The notes beneath the pieces were generated by a model that was not told where the DNA came from, made no database searches, and saw only the letters and a program-made list of their open reading frames with translations. From Podarcis filfolensis (Eukaryota), in NCBI GenBank assembly GCA_964270895.1, contig OZ185435.1: a stretch of DNA of 64,000 nucleotides; one strand, written 5' to 3'. Positions 40,195-52,150 of this stretch are shown in pieces; within the stretch, counting starts at the first letter, position 1, and every line of letters starts with the position of its first letter. The translations under genes were made by a program, and so were the position numbers.

Positions 40195-40790
40195 CAATGC
40201 CACTCTGGGCAGCTCCCAACAGAATATTAAACAGAATAAGACTTCAAACATTAAAAACTTCCCTAAACAGATGTCTTCTAAAAGTCAGGTAGTTGTTTAT
40301 TTCCTTGACATATGGTGGGAGGGTGTCCCACAGGGCAGGCACCACCACCGAGAAGGCCCTCTGCCTGGTTCCCTATAACCTCACTTCTCACAGTGAGGGA
40401 ACCACCAGAAGGCCCTTGGCGCTGGACCTCAGTGTCCGGGCTGAGCGATGGGGGTGGAGATGCTCCTTCAGGTATACTGGGCCAAGGCCATTTAGGGCTT
40501 TAAAGGTCAGCACCAATACTTTTACTTGTGCTCAGAAAGTACTGGGAACCAATGTAGGTCTTTCAGGACCAGTGTTATATGGTCTTGATAGCCACTCCCA
40601 GTCACCAGTCTTGCTGCTGCATTATGGATTAATTGCAGTTTCCAGGTCACCTTCAAAGGTAGCCCCACTTAGAGCACAATGCAGTAGTCCAAGCAAGAGA
40701 TAACTAGAGCATGCACCACTCTGGTGAGACAAGTAGGATCTCAGCCTGCATAACAGAGGGAGCTGGTAGACAACTGCCCAGGACACAGAA
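40195..40790 (-). mobile_element. L2 LINE 3' fragment (same subfamily as 2415-2945)
   Basis: Reverse-complement match to 2415-2900, e.g. gaaggccctctgcctggttccctataac. Confidence 0.85.
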
Positions 40791-41419
40791 GATAGATGCT
40801 AACTGGCTTAGCATTGTCAATGCCATGATGTCTGTGTTATCAGCATTTGTTTTGTGAATCACTGCTCTTTTCTGCAATCCTCTGAAACTAATGCAGTTTC
40901 TGCCCTATTGCTTAGAGGGTAAGTAGCAACTACTGATGAACTCCTTTGCAAATGGAGAGGTGCATTCTAAGCCAGGAAGGCAAAGATGACAGCAGAGCGA
41001 TGCAGAGAAGCCAGAATTGCTAACAAAATTCTGTGTGGTACTAGCTGTGTGAGAGTTCAGAGGATTTCATATTCTTTTAAACAAATAAAGGGAGACATAT
41101 GTTACCATGGAAACCATTTCAGCCATTACCCTGACAAGTAGATACACAATGTAGGAATGGTTTTTCACAGTAATGGAAAATATACACAAGATTAATCCCA
41201 TTTTCTGCAAACCATCTGGCACTAAAGTTCACAATTTCTTTGCAAGTGTGGAGCTACATTTACAAAGGTTAATATGGCAAAGGGGGATTGAGGTGATTCA
41301 TCATTTAATGAATGCATGGAGTAAGCAAAAATTTTGAGAACTAAAGGTTTCTTCTCCTCCATAGTACCAAATTATAATGTTTGAGGGGCTTGAGTCCTCA
41401 AAAAAAGAAAAGAAAAAAA

Positions 41420-41579
41420 CATAGTTGCCTTATACTGAGTCCATCTAGTTTAGTACTGTCTACTCTGACTCTTCAGAGTTTGGGGCAGGATTCTCTCCCA
41501 GCTCTAGATGCCAGGATTTGACCCTTGGACCTTCTGTATGCAAAGCAGATGCACTGCTACTGTGCTACAGATCTTCCCT
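41420..41579 (-). mobile_element. tRNA-headed SINE fragment
   Basis: Minus strand gives a degenerate tRNA-like head (gggaagatctgtagcacagtagcagtgcatctgctttgcat...); related to 51820-52150. Confidence 0.6.
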
Positions 41580-42204
41580 CTTAGAAATTAAGTTTCTGTT
41601 GTATTCATTGTGATGATCATACCAAAGGTATTCTCTCAACATTCTCAGGAAACTTCATATTCCATTTTGTCTGAATTCCTTGTACATAGATCCTGTGTGC
41701 TCAAAGAAAGGTTGTGTTTGCTTTCAGGACAAGAGGGCTGGCAGTGGACCCAGGTTTTAACAAAACCAAAACAGCTGCAATGCAGTGATTTTAGTGTGTC
41801 CTTGTAACTCCATAGATACAAAGGTTTACCAACTCTTTTTTCGAAACAAGATAATATCTTGGGGTATATATTGAGGAATATGATCATGAATTCATTATTT
41901 TCAACTTCATATAAAAGAACATGAAGCCCAATGTATACATTAGGATTAAGGATAAAGTTCTGAACCAGCTTCATTAACAATACTTTTGCCATAGTTGCAA
42001 ATGGAACGGATCTAGAACTGTTTCAGCCACCAGTTACCTCCAGTCAGCCAAAATCAACTGGATCATGCTGCGACTTCTAGATGACCTCCAGATAAGTGTG
42101 ACATGGATTTCGGCTGCTCCTCCTATCACCAACTGCCCATTCTCTAGATTCTCAAATTTGTACTGAAGCTCAGGAACAATTGTAATGGTCTCCCAAAAGT
42201 TGAC

Positions 42205-42705
42205 TTCTTATCAGGAGGCCTCTAAAGCCTATTGGAGGACACAAACGACCACCAGAAATAAAGGTCAGTGTGAAGCTGCAAAGTTGTTCTTATTGTTGTT
42301 TAAATGTACAAGCAAGAAAAAACACCACTCTTAATTACTTTAAGGTAAGAAAGAGTAAGAGTCAAACTTCTACTCCGTAAGAAATTATGGAGGCAAGGGA
42401 ATCCCCTTTACTTCTCCACAAAAAGCCACTGGACTTATTTGTCTTCAAGTTGGTAAGCTTAACCCACCCTAGATGGAGGGAGTCCTGTGCTTGTAAATCT
42501 CATTCAATTTAACCGAATCAGTGTAAGGTTATAGCCAGTTTTAGATTCTCTATTACATATAGTGAATGGGGAAGCACAGAGCTTCATTTTATACAGAGTA
42601 GCTCAGGAGCCAAATTACAGGTTGAATGGGAGGGTTCACAGAGCAATGCAGAAACTGATCAGAATTTTTTTAAATGCACAGATACAAAGTGACTCTAAGA
42701 CCTGT
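42205..42705. repeat. Unclassified duplicated block, copy B (paralog of 23330-23850)
   Basis: Colinear blocks with near-identical spacing (396 vs 392 bp between first and last block); AAG/GTAAGA donor at 42344/42345. Confidence 0.85.
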
Positions 42706-43599
42706 GCACACCCCTAAAGTTACATTAAAATGCTATATAGCAAGCATAACTTAACCCATAAAGCCAATAAACCCACTAAATCAAACAACCCAGTGGCAAA
42801 AACCAAATAATAAATTCAGCCATTTCTAAATGCCTGAAGGAAAATAATATTTATTTATTTCACATCAAAAAGCTGGCAACATGGGAGACAACTGTATCTC
42901 CAATGTAAATCCCATTTTCACAATAGCATAACCTTTCCTCTGAGATATCTCAACAGAAGCATAGAAGACAAAGTATTTCATGTAATCCCTATTGAACTGA
43001 ATGGAAGATATGCAGCAGACATGCTTGGTAGATTGCACAATTCCCCACTAGACTGCAATGATTAACCATTACATGGTTAAACAGAGGGAAATAAAAGAAT
43101 AAAAGGATTACTATTTTATATGCCGACCCTCTACCAACAGTCAACTTGCAGAGAATTAGAAACACACACACACCAAACAATGTCAGTATATAAATGGTGA
43201 TGTAATCTAAAGATAATTATTTTTACGATTTTGTCTGACATCAATCACAGGACAATGCAGCAAAAGGGGAAGGAGCCACTTCGATTAACATGGAAATCAC
43301 TTATTGTTATTCAGAAGGAAAAGGGAATTGAAACTGCACCATCTATATGGAATACAACTTATCTAATTAAGGAGATACACCTAATGATGTTCTGCAGCAC
43401 TCAACAATTTATGGAGCACAAAAAATATAGAAATATGAGATAATGAGAAATTCTACATGGCATAACTTATTTATCACTTTTCTTGCCAATGATTTCCTAA
43501 ACAGAATGAACAGAATCAGAGAGAGAGAGAGAGAGAGGAGATTGTAGCAGCATTTAGCTACCAGAAAGAAACCAATATTACCATTTGAAAAGATACTAT

Positions 43600-43796
43600 T
43601 AATTGCACTATGCATATAAAGTAGTGACCTGGACTGGGGCAGGGCTGAGCGTCTGCTGAGGCCCCAAACCTCACTGACAAGAGCCCTTTATATACTGACA
43701 CTAAAAACTTGAACTTGGCCAGATAGCAAATCGGCAACCAGTACAGATCTCTGACCACTTGTCCTATATGCTGACAAGGTCTCACTCCTATCAGCA
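43600..43796 (-). mobile_element. Older L2 LINE, 3' half of a copy split by a younger L2
   Basis: Minus ORF HIGQVVRDLYWLPICYLAKFKFLVSVYKGL continues the frame of 44803-44960. Confidence 0.75.
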
Positions 43797-44802
43797 GTAT
43801 GCTGATGACACTCAGCTCTATTTCTCCTTTACAGCTGCAGGTGAGGCAGTGGAAGTGCTGGACCAGTGTCTTGCCTTGTAACGGACTGGATGAGAGCCAA
43901 CAAACTGAAGCACAATCCAGATAAGACTGAGGCAGTTAGTGGGTGGTTCCTCCAATCAGATGGCTGGGAGGTCACCTGCTCTGGATGGGGTTACAGTGCC
44001 CCTGAAGGAGCAGGTTCATAGCCTAGGGGTACTCCTGGATCCTTTGCTGTCACTCGAGGCTCAGGTTGCCTCAGTGGCCCGGAGTGCCTTCCATCAGCTT
44101 TTGCTGGTGACCCAGCTATGCCCCTATCTGGACAGGGATAGCCTAACCACTGTCGTTTATGCCCTGGTAACCTCAAGGTTAGATTACTGCAATGCATTAT
44201 ATGTAGGGCTGCCTCCGAAGACAGTTCAGAAACTTCAGCTGGTGCAAAATTCAGCGCCCAGGTTGCTCACCAGAGCAAGATTTGAGCATATTACACTGAT
44301 CCTGGTCCGACTGCACTGGCTACTAATTAGCTTCTGATCCCAATTCAAAGTGCTGGGTTTTACCTATAAAGCCTTAAACAGCTCAAGACCACAATACTTC
44401 AAGGATCAACTCTTTCCATATAAACCTACCCAGACCCTGAGATCATCTTCTGAGGCCCTCCTTCATTTGCTTCCTTGAGAGATTCAGAGGGTGGCAACAC
44501 GAGAATGGGCCTTCTCTGCAATGGCTCCCTGTCTATGCTCTCCCCAGGAAAGTTCGCCTAGTGCCTTCATTATACACCTTTAGGCGCCAGGCAAAGATGT
44601 TCCTTTTCAACCAGGCCTTTGGTTGATCCAGTTTACATCCTATGCCATTTTAGAATGTGTTTTTTAGGGGGCGAGGCTATTGGGTTGTTGTTTTTATTTT
44701 TATTAGGTATTTTGCAGTTTTAGATCCTGATTTTATTCTGTGAACCCCATTAAGGCCCATGGGTATAAGGCGGTATATAAATTCAATAAATAATAATAAT
44801 AA
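43797..44802 (+). mobile_element. L2 LINE, 5'-truncated at the RT YADD motif
   Basis: Begins at (ca)gtatgctgatgacactcag (QYADDTQ); ORF 43939-44337 with TSRLDYCNALY...QKLQLVQNSA; (AAT)n tail; flanked by tatcagca duplication. Confidence 0.9.
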
Positions 44803-44960
44803 TATCAGCAATTGTGCTGCAGCATTTTGCATTAACTGGAGCTTCTGGATCAAGTGCAAGGGAAACCCCCATAGAGTGCATTACTGTAATGTAGCCGTGA
44901 AGTAACCAATGCATGAACTATGGTGGTCAGGGTTAATAAGAGGAAGGTTGTTCCATCTTC
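44803..44960 (-). mobile_element. Older L2 LINE, 5' half of the split copy
   Basis: Minus strand reads IQKLQLMQNAAAQLL. Confidence 0.75.
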
Positions 44961-46039
44961 TGGTCAGCTGCTGATCACACTGAGGTCTCAAAAATGAAAG
45001 AACACTTTGTCTATCTCCATATTCAGATAGAAGGGTTAATTCACTTCTTAAATACATAAACACTTCAGCCTTAAATACATAAATGTGCACCTTCTTAAAA
45101 AAAATGGTTGCTGACTAACTTCCAAGTATCTTGTGATAAAATGCTTCCTTATTGAGCAAGCCAGCCTAGACTTGTCTGTCTTAACAGATGCGCTATCCAG
45201 TTATTCTGAAATTCCAGAACATGCTTCATGCCTACCTCATTTGAGAAGATTCCAACTGGTTTTGATAAGTTCAGTTTTAAATCTCTAATAAGCACTGCAA
45301 AAAATATTTGCTGAAACCTGATAGCAGGCATCATAATGTTAATGGAGAATATTTTTTTATGCTCAATAGTGTATTCCCAGCTACTATTGGCTAGATTGAA
45401 TACAGGGATAGCCAATGGGATGCCACATCCACTGTTCTTTACTATTGGCCATGCTGTCAGGGGATGATGGGATTTGTGTTTTGACATCTGGTGGATACCA
45501 AGTCGGCTACCCTGGCTATATAAACTTCATGTTCTCCTTTCCATTTTGTGTGTGTGTATTCATTGCAGCAAGAAAGTCTTGTTCATAGAAGGCATTTCAT
45601 TGTATCACACCCCATATTTTAGTATCCTAACACAAGGCATGAAAACTTAAAACCTTTTAAAACAGAATGGCCAACTTGAAAAATAAATAGGAGAGATATC
45701 CAAGTGAAACAGTATCTATTTTTTCTCGACCTCCTTGCCCTTCTCTCATTTTGAATAGCAGAAGTTGGACATCTTTATTTATTGAATTCATGGGCATTCA
45801 TATGGTTAGTTTTCCTATTTATCTATGTTCTGGCTTTGTGGCTTACACTACAAGTTGCTCTTAGAATCATAAAACATTAAAACTTTGTGATTACATACTC
45901 CCACCCAGAGGAGAAAGTGGTTGCTATTCAGGCTCCTTAATTGTCACAGATTTTATAAGCCAAATTGGCTTTAGTGACATAGCTGGGGATTTTGCCTCCT
46001 TTCTCACTAAAGATGCCTTTGAATGAACTCCAGGCCCAA

Positions 46040-46260
46040 GCTCACTTTAGCCTGCAATACACCATAAATTTGTCTAATCTGTTTTTAAAGTCAACTTAGC
46101 TAAGGGCCACAACCTCACCCTGTGGCATGAAATTCTGTATGTTAATTCTGTGACTTGTGTAGAAGTGCTTCTTTTCGTCTGTCATGTATGACGGTGAATT
46201 TGTCACCCCTTTCCAAAGTCATCTAAGCTAGACAAGCCAATAGTTTTCCCCTCCCCATAA
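46040..46260 (-). mobile_element. Degenerate CR1-like LINE fragment
   Basis: Recognised CR1-like 3' sequence; similar to the 23985-24400 fragment. Confidence 0.45.
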
Positions 46261-48599
46261 AATTCTGAGATTTGTTTTGTGGAACCTGCTCTCCGAAAAA
46301 TACACATGTGCTAAGTTCTTTTATTCCAGAGGGGCCTGTGTTTCCTTGAGGAGCAATGGTGTTATATACACTAGCACATAAATAAAAAGACTAGCTGAAG
46401 CGGCAGCAAGTACTCCACACTGAGTTATGCAAATCTGCACTCACTTTCCCAGCATGCTCCCCTGTGTTCACAGCAGGAAAAGCAGGCATGCTGGGGATAG
46501 AGCAGAGATTACAAAGGCTCAGCCTTATTTACCCTGCAACCCAGACATTCACTCTCACAGCTAGAGCCATTTCCTTGGTAAAACACAGTAATTAAAGCAG
46601 CATTGTGGCACTCCACAAGCTGGGGATGTAGCACAAATACAGCCAGCAAAACATAATATATGTGCAGAACAGAATATGGGCATCACCAAACGGAAAGGCA
46701 TATTAATTTATATTACGATTATTACTAAATATTTCCTGGGCAGCTATACAAGGCAACTAAAAAAACAACAATATATAGTAATTCAAATCAAAAAAGGAAA
46801 GTTTGACTGTACAGAACAAGTCCCTATGACAGTGATGCTCACAACTTTGGAAACAGCAGTGTTAGTGAGGGGAAAAAATGCATTCTCTAATGTTACCTTT
46901 AAAAGCAAGTATTTCAATTTTACCTGCTCAAGCTGACTGTTTGCATACTTGATGCTTCAGGGACAGGGTAATGTGCGCTGCTGAGCCGTGTTAAAGAGCA
47001 GCCATGCGAAAAGGACTTGCAAACAAGCAGAGAATGTCAGGATATTGCCCTCAAGATGCAGAATTTTGAAAAGGTCAGATCAGCAATAAGTACGCTAAAT
47101 GTATTTTGCCATGAAAGTACCATAGAAACAGCTGGCGTTTGTGGATCACAATTGTAACCAAAGGTCAGAATGCGAGTCCCTTTCTGAAATTGCTGGTTTC
47201 ACTATGACTACATGTGCAGTTGTCACAGCTGACCCATCTGACAAAAAGAAAAAGAGAAGAGCAGCGATAGCCATATTGCCTTCATATATCCACACGTGTT
47301 CACCACTCACAAGGAGAGCTTGCAGTCGCTCTGTAGCATGGGAGGCATTAACCTGTGGTCTGATACCATATCAGTAAGAAATCTGTATGGATATTGCAGT
47401 CACAGGAGAAAGATCCACATGGCTGCAGGATTCACATACAGAGTTCTGGAGTGACAGCTGCAGAAGTGACTCCTCAATCATGTTTCTATGTACTGTATAT
47501 GAAAGGACCTGTAGATGTGGTTATCAAAAATCACTCTTAATTTTGCTCCCCTCTCCCTGTATATTGGTCCTGGTTTACAACCTCCAAACAATGGGATATA
47601 TAGTAGACTTGTGTGATTTCCTTCTGTTTCACTGTTTTCTGTGAAGTTTGACAGGCAAAGGTTAGCAGTAACAAGAAATTGTCTCCAAATCCAAAGACGT
47701 AAAATGGTTTGAAATAGGCTTGTAAGGCAGTGTTTTGCTTAGAGGAAATCAAATTTCCATGGAATGAACCACAGGCACAGGTCCAATATATATTTAGCCA
47801 TTGTCATATCTTCTTGCCACTCTAAGAATGTTTTAGTCAAAAGATACTAGTTAACATTCAAAATATGGAAAGTGAGGTGATTAAATCATATGTTTTGCCT
47901 GCATGGCAGGATTAATCACTCTTCTACTTACACTAAGGAATGCTACCTTCTGAGATTCCTGTTTTCAGAGCTGGGCTGAGACACTTGGCGACTGTGACAT
48001 AAAATGAAAATAGCAGGGGCCTTGCAATCTTCTATGCACATAAATAAAAGCTGCCTTTTAATGATGCCCAGAATTTGCCATGAGATGTCAACCTTGTGCC
48101 TGCTGCGGTGCAATTATCTTTGGGTTTCCTATAGTGAAGATTGTCTTACCTTACACTGTCACCGGGTTCCTTTGACATTATTTACAGCTCAAGACAGATT
48201 GACTTCTTCCACATTCCAAGAGAAAGAAGCAGTGGACATCAGAGGGAGGGAGGGAAGAAGGAAAGTAGACTAGAGAAATAAATGTGCGTGTGTCCCCTCT
48301 CTCCATGGCTCTGAGCAAAGAAGTAAAACAACAGGGTATGTACTGAAGTTGTGTAGAATTGCAGAACACCTAAGAAATTACCTCCTATATTATGACCAGC
48401 TACTGATTACTGAATTCATATAAATGTACTGCAAAGTCAGTAGCCTCTTCGTGCGTATGGAAATCTCTCCCATCAGAGCTTTATTTATGTGTTAAGATAT
48501 TTATATTGCAACTTTCCACTTTATTGCTAAAGCAACAAGTGCAGCCTACTTCCTCAAACTATAAAACACTCAGGGAGTGGGGTGGAATCCCTAGAAATA

Positions 48600-49270
48600 C
48601 AGTGGTACCTTGGTTCTCAAACGCCTTGGTTCTCAAATACCTTGGTTCTAAAACGCCTTGGTTCTCAAACACCTGAAAATCCAGAAACAAGTGTTCCAGT
48701 TTTCGAACATTTTTCAGAAGCTGAATCTCCAATGTGGTTGTTGGCTATTGTTTCCAGGGCACCTGCACCAATCAGAAGCTGTGCCTTGGTTTTCAAACAT
48801 TTCAGAAGTCAAACAGACTCCCAGAACGAATTATGTTTGGCACTTTTGTTTTTGCTATTTATTTTGCATTTTTGTTTTTGAGGATTTTTCAGTTAATTTG
48901 TTTTTGTGACTGTGTGGAACCCAGTTCAGCTACTGATTGATTGATTGTGTGAATGCGGAAATGGATGAAAGCCCCCCATCCAAACAATGCAGTGCAGGTA
49001 GGAAAAGAAATTAATTTTAATTTTTATCATCTACAATACTGTCTTATTTATTTTATAGCACAGTTATTGCTTTCATTTTATGAATCAATGGTCTGATTAG
49101 ATAGTAAAATTCATGTTAAATTGCTGTTTTAGGGGTTGTTTTTAAAAGTCTGGAACTGATTAATCCCTTTTGCATTACTTTCTATGGGAAAGCACGCCTT
49201 GGTTTTGGAACGCTTTGGTTTTGGAACGGGCTTAAGTAACGGATTAAGTTTGAGAACCAAGGTACCACTG
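48600..49270. mobile_element. Tc1/mariner (Tigger-like) non-autonomous element, 671 bp
   Basis: TIRs cagtggtaccttggttctcaaa / tttgagaaccaaggtaccactg, TA TSD, subterminal ttggttct repeats. Confidence 0.9.
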
Positions 49271-49957
49271 TATATAGTAGATTTTGAAAAGCGAGCATTA
49301 GAATCCTTCTCAAGTTCCATATGATTTCTGTCTCCCCACCCACCCCAGCCTAACTCAGCAATGGAATGACATTTTTGAAGGATTGGAGTTTCATGATTGT
49401 TTTAGTTAGCATTTTAACCCATTGCTACCCAGGAGGATTTGGGCTGGAGATTCAAGTTCATGAATAGCAAGAAATTATCCTCACTCCTCCATGCTTTAAG
49501 TCCTTCAAAAATGAAGCCATGGCAGTTCAACAGACAGGACGTTCCTCCACAAAACCACAACATTCTTCTGCTGATGCTGAAATAGCAATCGCAGTACACT
49601 GTCAAACTGATGCATTTTTTGACTGATGACTGCAGCATACAAAACAGGGCAAGCCTGGACTTCAAACCCCTCTTGACTTTAACTGACCAAGAAAACCCTC
49701 ACAAAAACACAATCCCCTGAAAACAGAAATAGAAACAGAGATATCTGGGGTGCGGAGTTGGATATTCCAACAGCAGGAAAATGTTAACAGTATTGTAAAA
49801 GGCGGGGGGGGAGGTGGTTGCTATATTGGCACACAAAATGCAAGCAAACACACACAAAGAATTCAGACAAAAGTAGTCACAATCCATTTATTTATATACC
49901 ATGTTTCCCATGGATTTGTGCTCAAAGTACTTTATAAAAAGTAACCATATAATTACC

Positions 49958-50102
49958 AAAAAAAAAAAATTCCTTCCAGTAGCACCTTAAAGACCAACTA
50001 AGTTAGTTCTTGAACTAACTTAGTTGGTCTTTAAGGTGCTACTGGAAGGAAAAAAAAAATTTTGTTTTGACTATGGCAGACCAACACGGCTACCTATCTG
50101 TA
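49958..50102. mobile_element. Penelope-like element fragment forming a perfect 82-bp palindrome
   Basis: 40-bp perfect arms 49970-50009 and 50012-50051; ttccttccagtagcaccttaaagaccaac and gactatggcagaccaacacggctacc recalled as reptile Penelope-like pLTR sequence (not searched). Confidence 0.65.
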
Positions 50103-50184
50103 CATATAATTACAATAACAGTAAAAGATACATTGATGATAATACATATCTACAATTGAGATTCTGACTAAACATTCTGATGGT

Positions 50185-50340
50185 AAGCTGTTTCACAGTG
50201 GAACTGTCTCCTTCGGAAGGTAGTGGACACTCCTTCATTGGGAGTTTTTAAACAGGAGTTGAATGGATTCTTTAGCTGTGATTTCTTCAATGGCTAGATG
50301 TCCTTTGTGGTCCCTTTCAACTCCACAGTGCTATGAAGCA
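50185..50340 (+). mobile_element. CR1 LINE 3' end
   Basis: Ends gtccctttcaactccacagtgctatga, resembling the CR1 terminal motif. Confidence 0.65.
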
Positions 50341-50535
50341 ACAAGAAACAACTTACTGGGCAGGGCAGAGCTACTATGCTAGCTTCTCCACATGTGGGTC
50401 TCTGTTGCATACCTGGGAAGAGGAAAGGGAGAGGCAGCAGGGAGGTTGGCATGGTGCAAATGCACTGGCAGGAGCACCCAACTGGCTCCACGGCTGCATT
50501 TGTCCCATAAACAGATCCCTGTGTTGCAATATAGA

Positions 50536-51371
50536 CAAGCTGAACAATGTAACACAACACAGTGGCCAATAACAATGGCACTAAACACTATTTATAGACT
50601 AATACAAATGATCAGAAATTACAACCAAAGTCTCTAAATCTTCTTCACCAGTCATGATAGAATGATTCAAAAGTTCGATATATACATAATCTGTCACCAA
50701 ATATCACTGGAAAAGAGTTTCTGGATAACCAATCTGTTTTGTTCAATGCTTCATCAGCCAATCTTGATCAATTCTTCATCAACCAGACTTGTAAGAATTA
50801 ATATGAGAAGGATGCAGTTCAGTTTCTTAACAAGCCAATCTTACATGTAAGCAAATATAAATGCTGTAGAAAATAGGCTCTGGATCAGTGTTCATATGAT
50901 ACTGTAGTGACTACAGTGTCATATGAGCACTGATGAAGAATTGATCAAGATTGGCTGATGAAGCATTGAACGAAGCAGATTGGTTATTATGTATACAGTG
51001 GTACCTCGGGTTACGGACACTTCAGGTTACAGACGCTTCAGGTTACAGATTCCGCTAACCCAGAAATAGTACCTTGGGTTAAGAACTTTGCTTCAGGATG
51101 AGAACAGAAATCGTGTGGCGGCAGTGGGAGGCCCCATTAACTAAAGTGGTACCTCAGGTTAAGAACAGTTTCAGGTTAAGAACGGACCTCCAGAACGAAT
51201 TAAGTTCTTAACCCGAGGTACCACTGTATATTGAACTTTTGAATCATTCTTCCGCGACTTGTGAAGAAGATTTAGAGACTTTGGTTGTAATTTCTGATCA
51301 TTTGTATTAGTCTATGAAGTGTTTAGTGCCATTGTTATTGGCCATCGTGTTATGTTATATTGTTCAGCTTG
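50536..51371. repeat. Long inverted repeat (fold-back) with internal hairpin and nested MITE
   Basis: Left arm 50536-50781; right arm 50931-50995 plus 51229-51371; about 90 percent identical by eye. Confidence 0.9.
50996..51226. mobile_element. Tc1/mariner (Tigger-like) MITE
   Basis: TIRs cagtggtacctcgggtta / taacccgaggtaccactg, TA TSD. Confidence 0.92.
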
Positions 51372-51819
51372 CAGTTGTCCCATGGCGCCCGCCCCTCCCA
51401 CCTCTCCCTCCTGGTAAGCAACAGTGAGCCACCTGCTCACTGCTCACCTCCGCCACACCTGCTTCTGTTACTCAAAGCGTGTTTCAATTATGAGCACTAA
51501 GAATTTGACAATTAGTAAGTCACTTAAAATAGATAAAAGGAGATGAAGTGAGCATACAGGCAATTAATATCCCAAAGTAGCCATAAAGCGTCTGACAGTA
51601 GTAATGGCTTGTAGGCTCCCCTGGTCAGCTCACTAAGGGTTTTGAGAATTACGTGAACAATATATCTGTTTACGAGGGCTTTTAATTTGACTGTTGACAC
51701 TGTGGAAAGGTTTGCTGCGGATCTCTTAATGATGAGAGGCTTTTCTTGCTTTCTTTTTGCTGTTGATTATAGAGGGAATGTGCATGCTTAGGTTAAGATG
51801 GGTTATTATCATAGGAGAA

Positions 51820-52150
51820 TAGGAACACAGGAAGCTGCCTTATACTGTGTCAGTCTGCTGGTCCCTTTAGCTGAGTATTGGCTACACCAGCCGTTCTTAA
51901 CTTTGGGTCCCCAGATGTTGATGAACTACAACTCCCATTATCCCTAGCTAGCAGGACTAGGGGTCAGGGATGATGGGAGTTGTAGTACAACATCTGGGGA
52001 CCAACGGTTAAGAAAAGTTGGTCTATACTGACTGGCAGAAGCTCTCCAGGGTTTCAGGCAAAAAACCTTTTTCTCTGCTCTACCCAGAGATGCCAGGGGT
52101 TGAACTCGGAAACTTCTGCAGATGCTCTGCCACTAAGCTATGGTCCTTGC
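51820..52150 (-). mobile_element. tRNA-headed SINE containing a nested palindromic hAT MITE (51888-52020)
   Basis: MITE TIRs cagccgttcttaac / ggttaagaaaagttg with degenerate 8-bp TSD ggctacac/gtctatac; SINE body similar to 41420-41579. Confidence 0.65.

Noticed and set aside
50929-50985. Tandem CTGATGA motifs with a GAAAC-like consensus between the two arms, suggestive of a hammerhead core
   Set aside because: Neither arm has an intact GAAA at the right place, and I could not build stems II and III or a cleavage triplet other than from the inverted repeat itself; an Infernal search with hammerhead models would settle it
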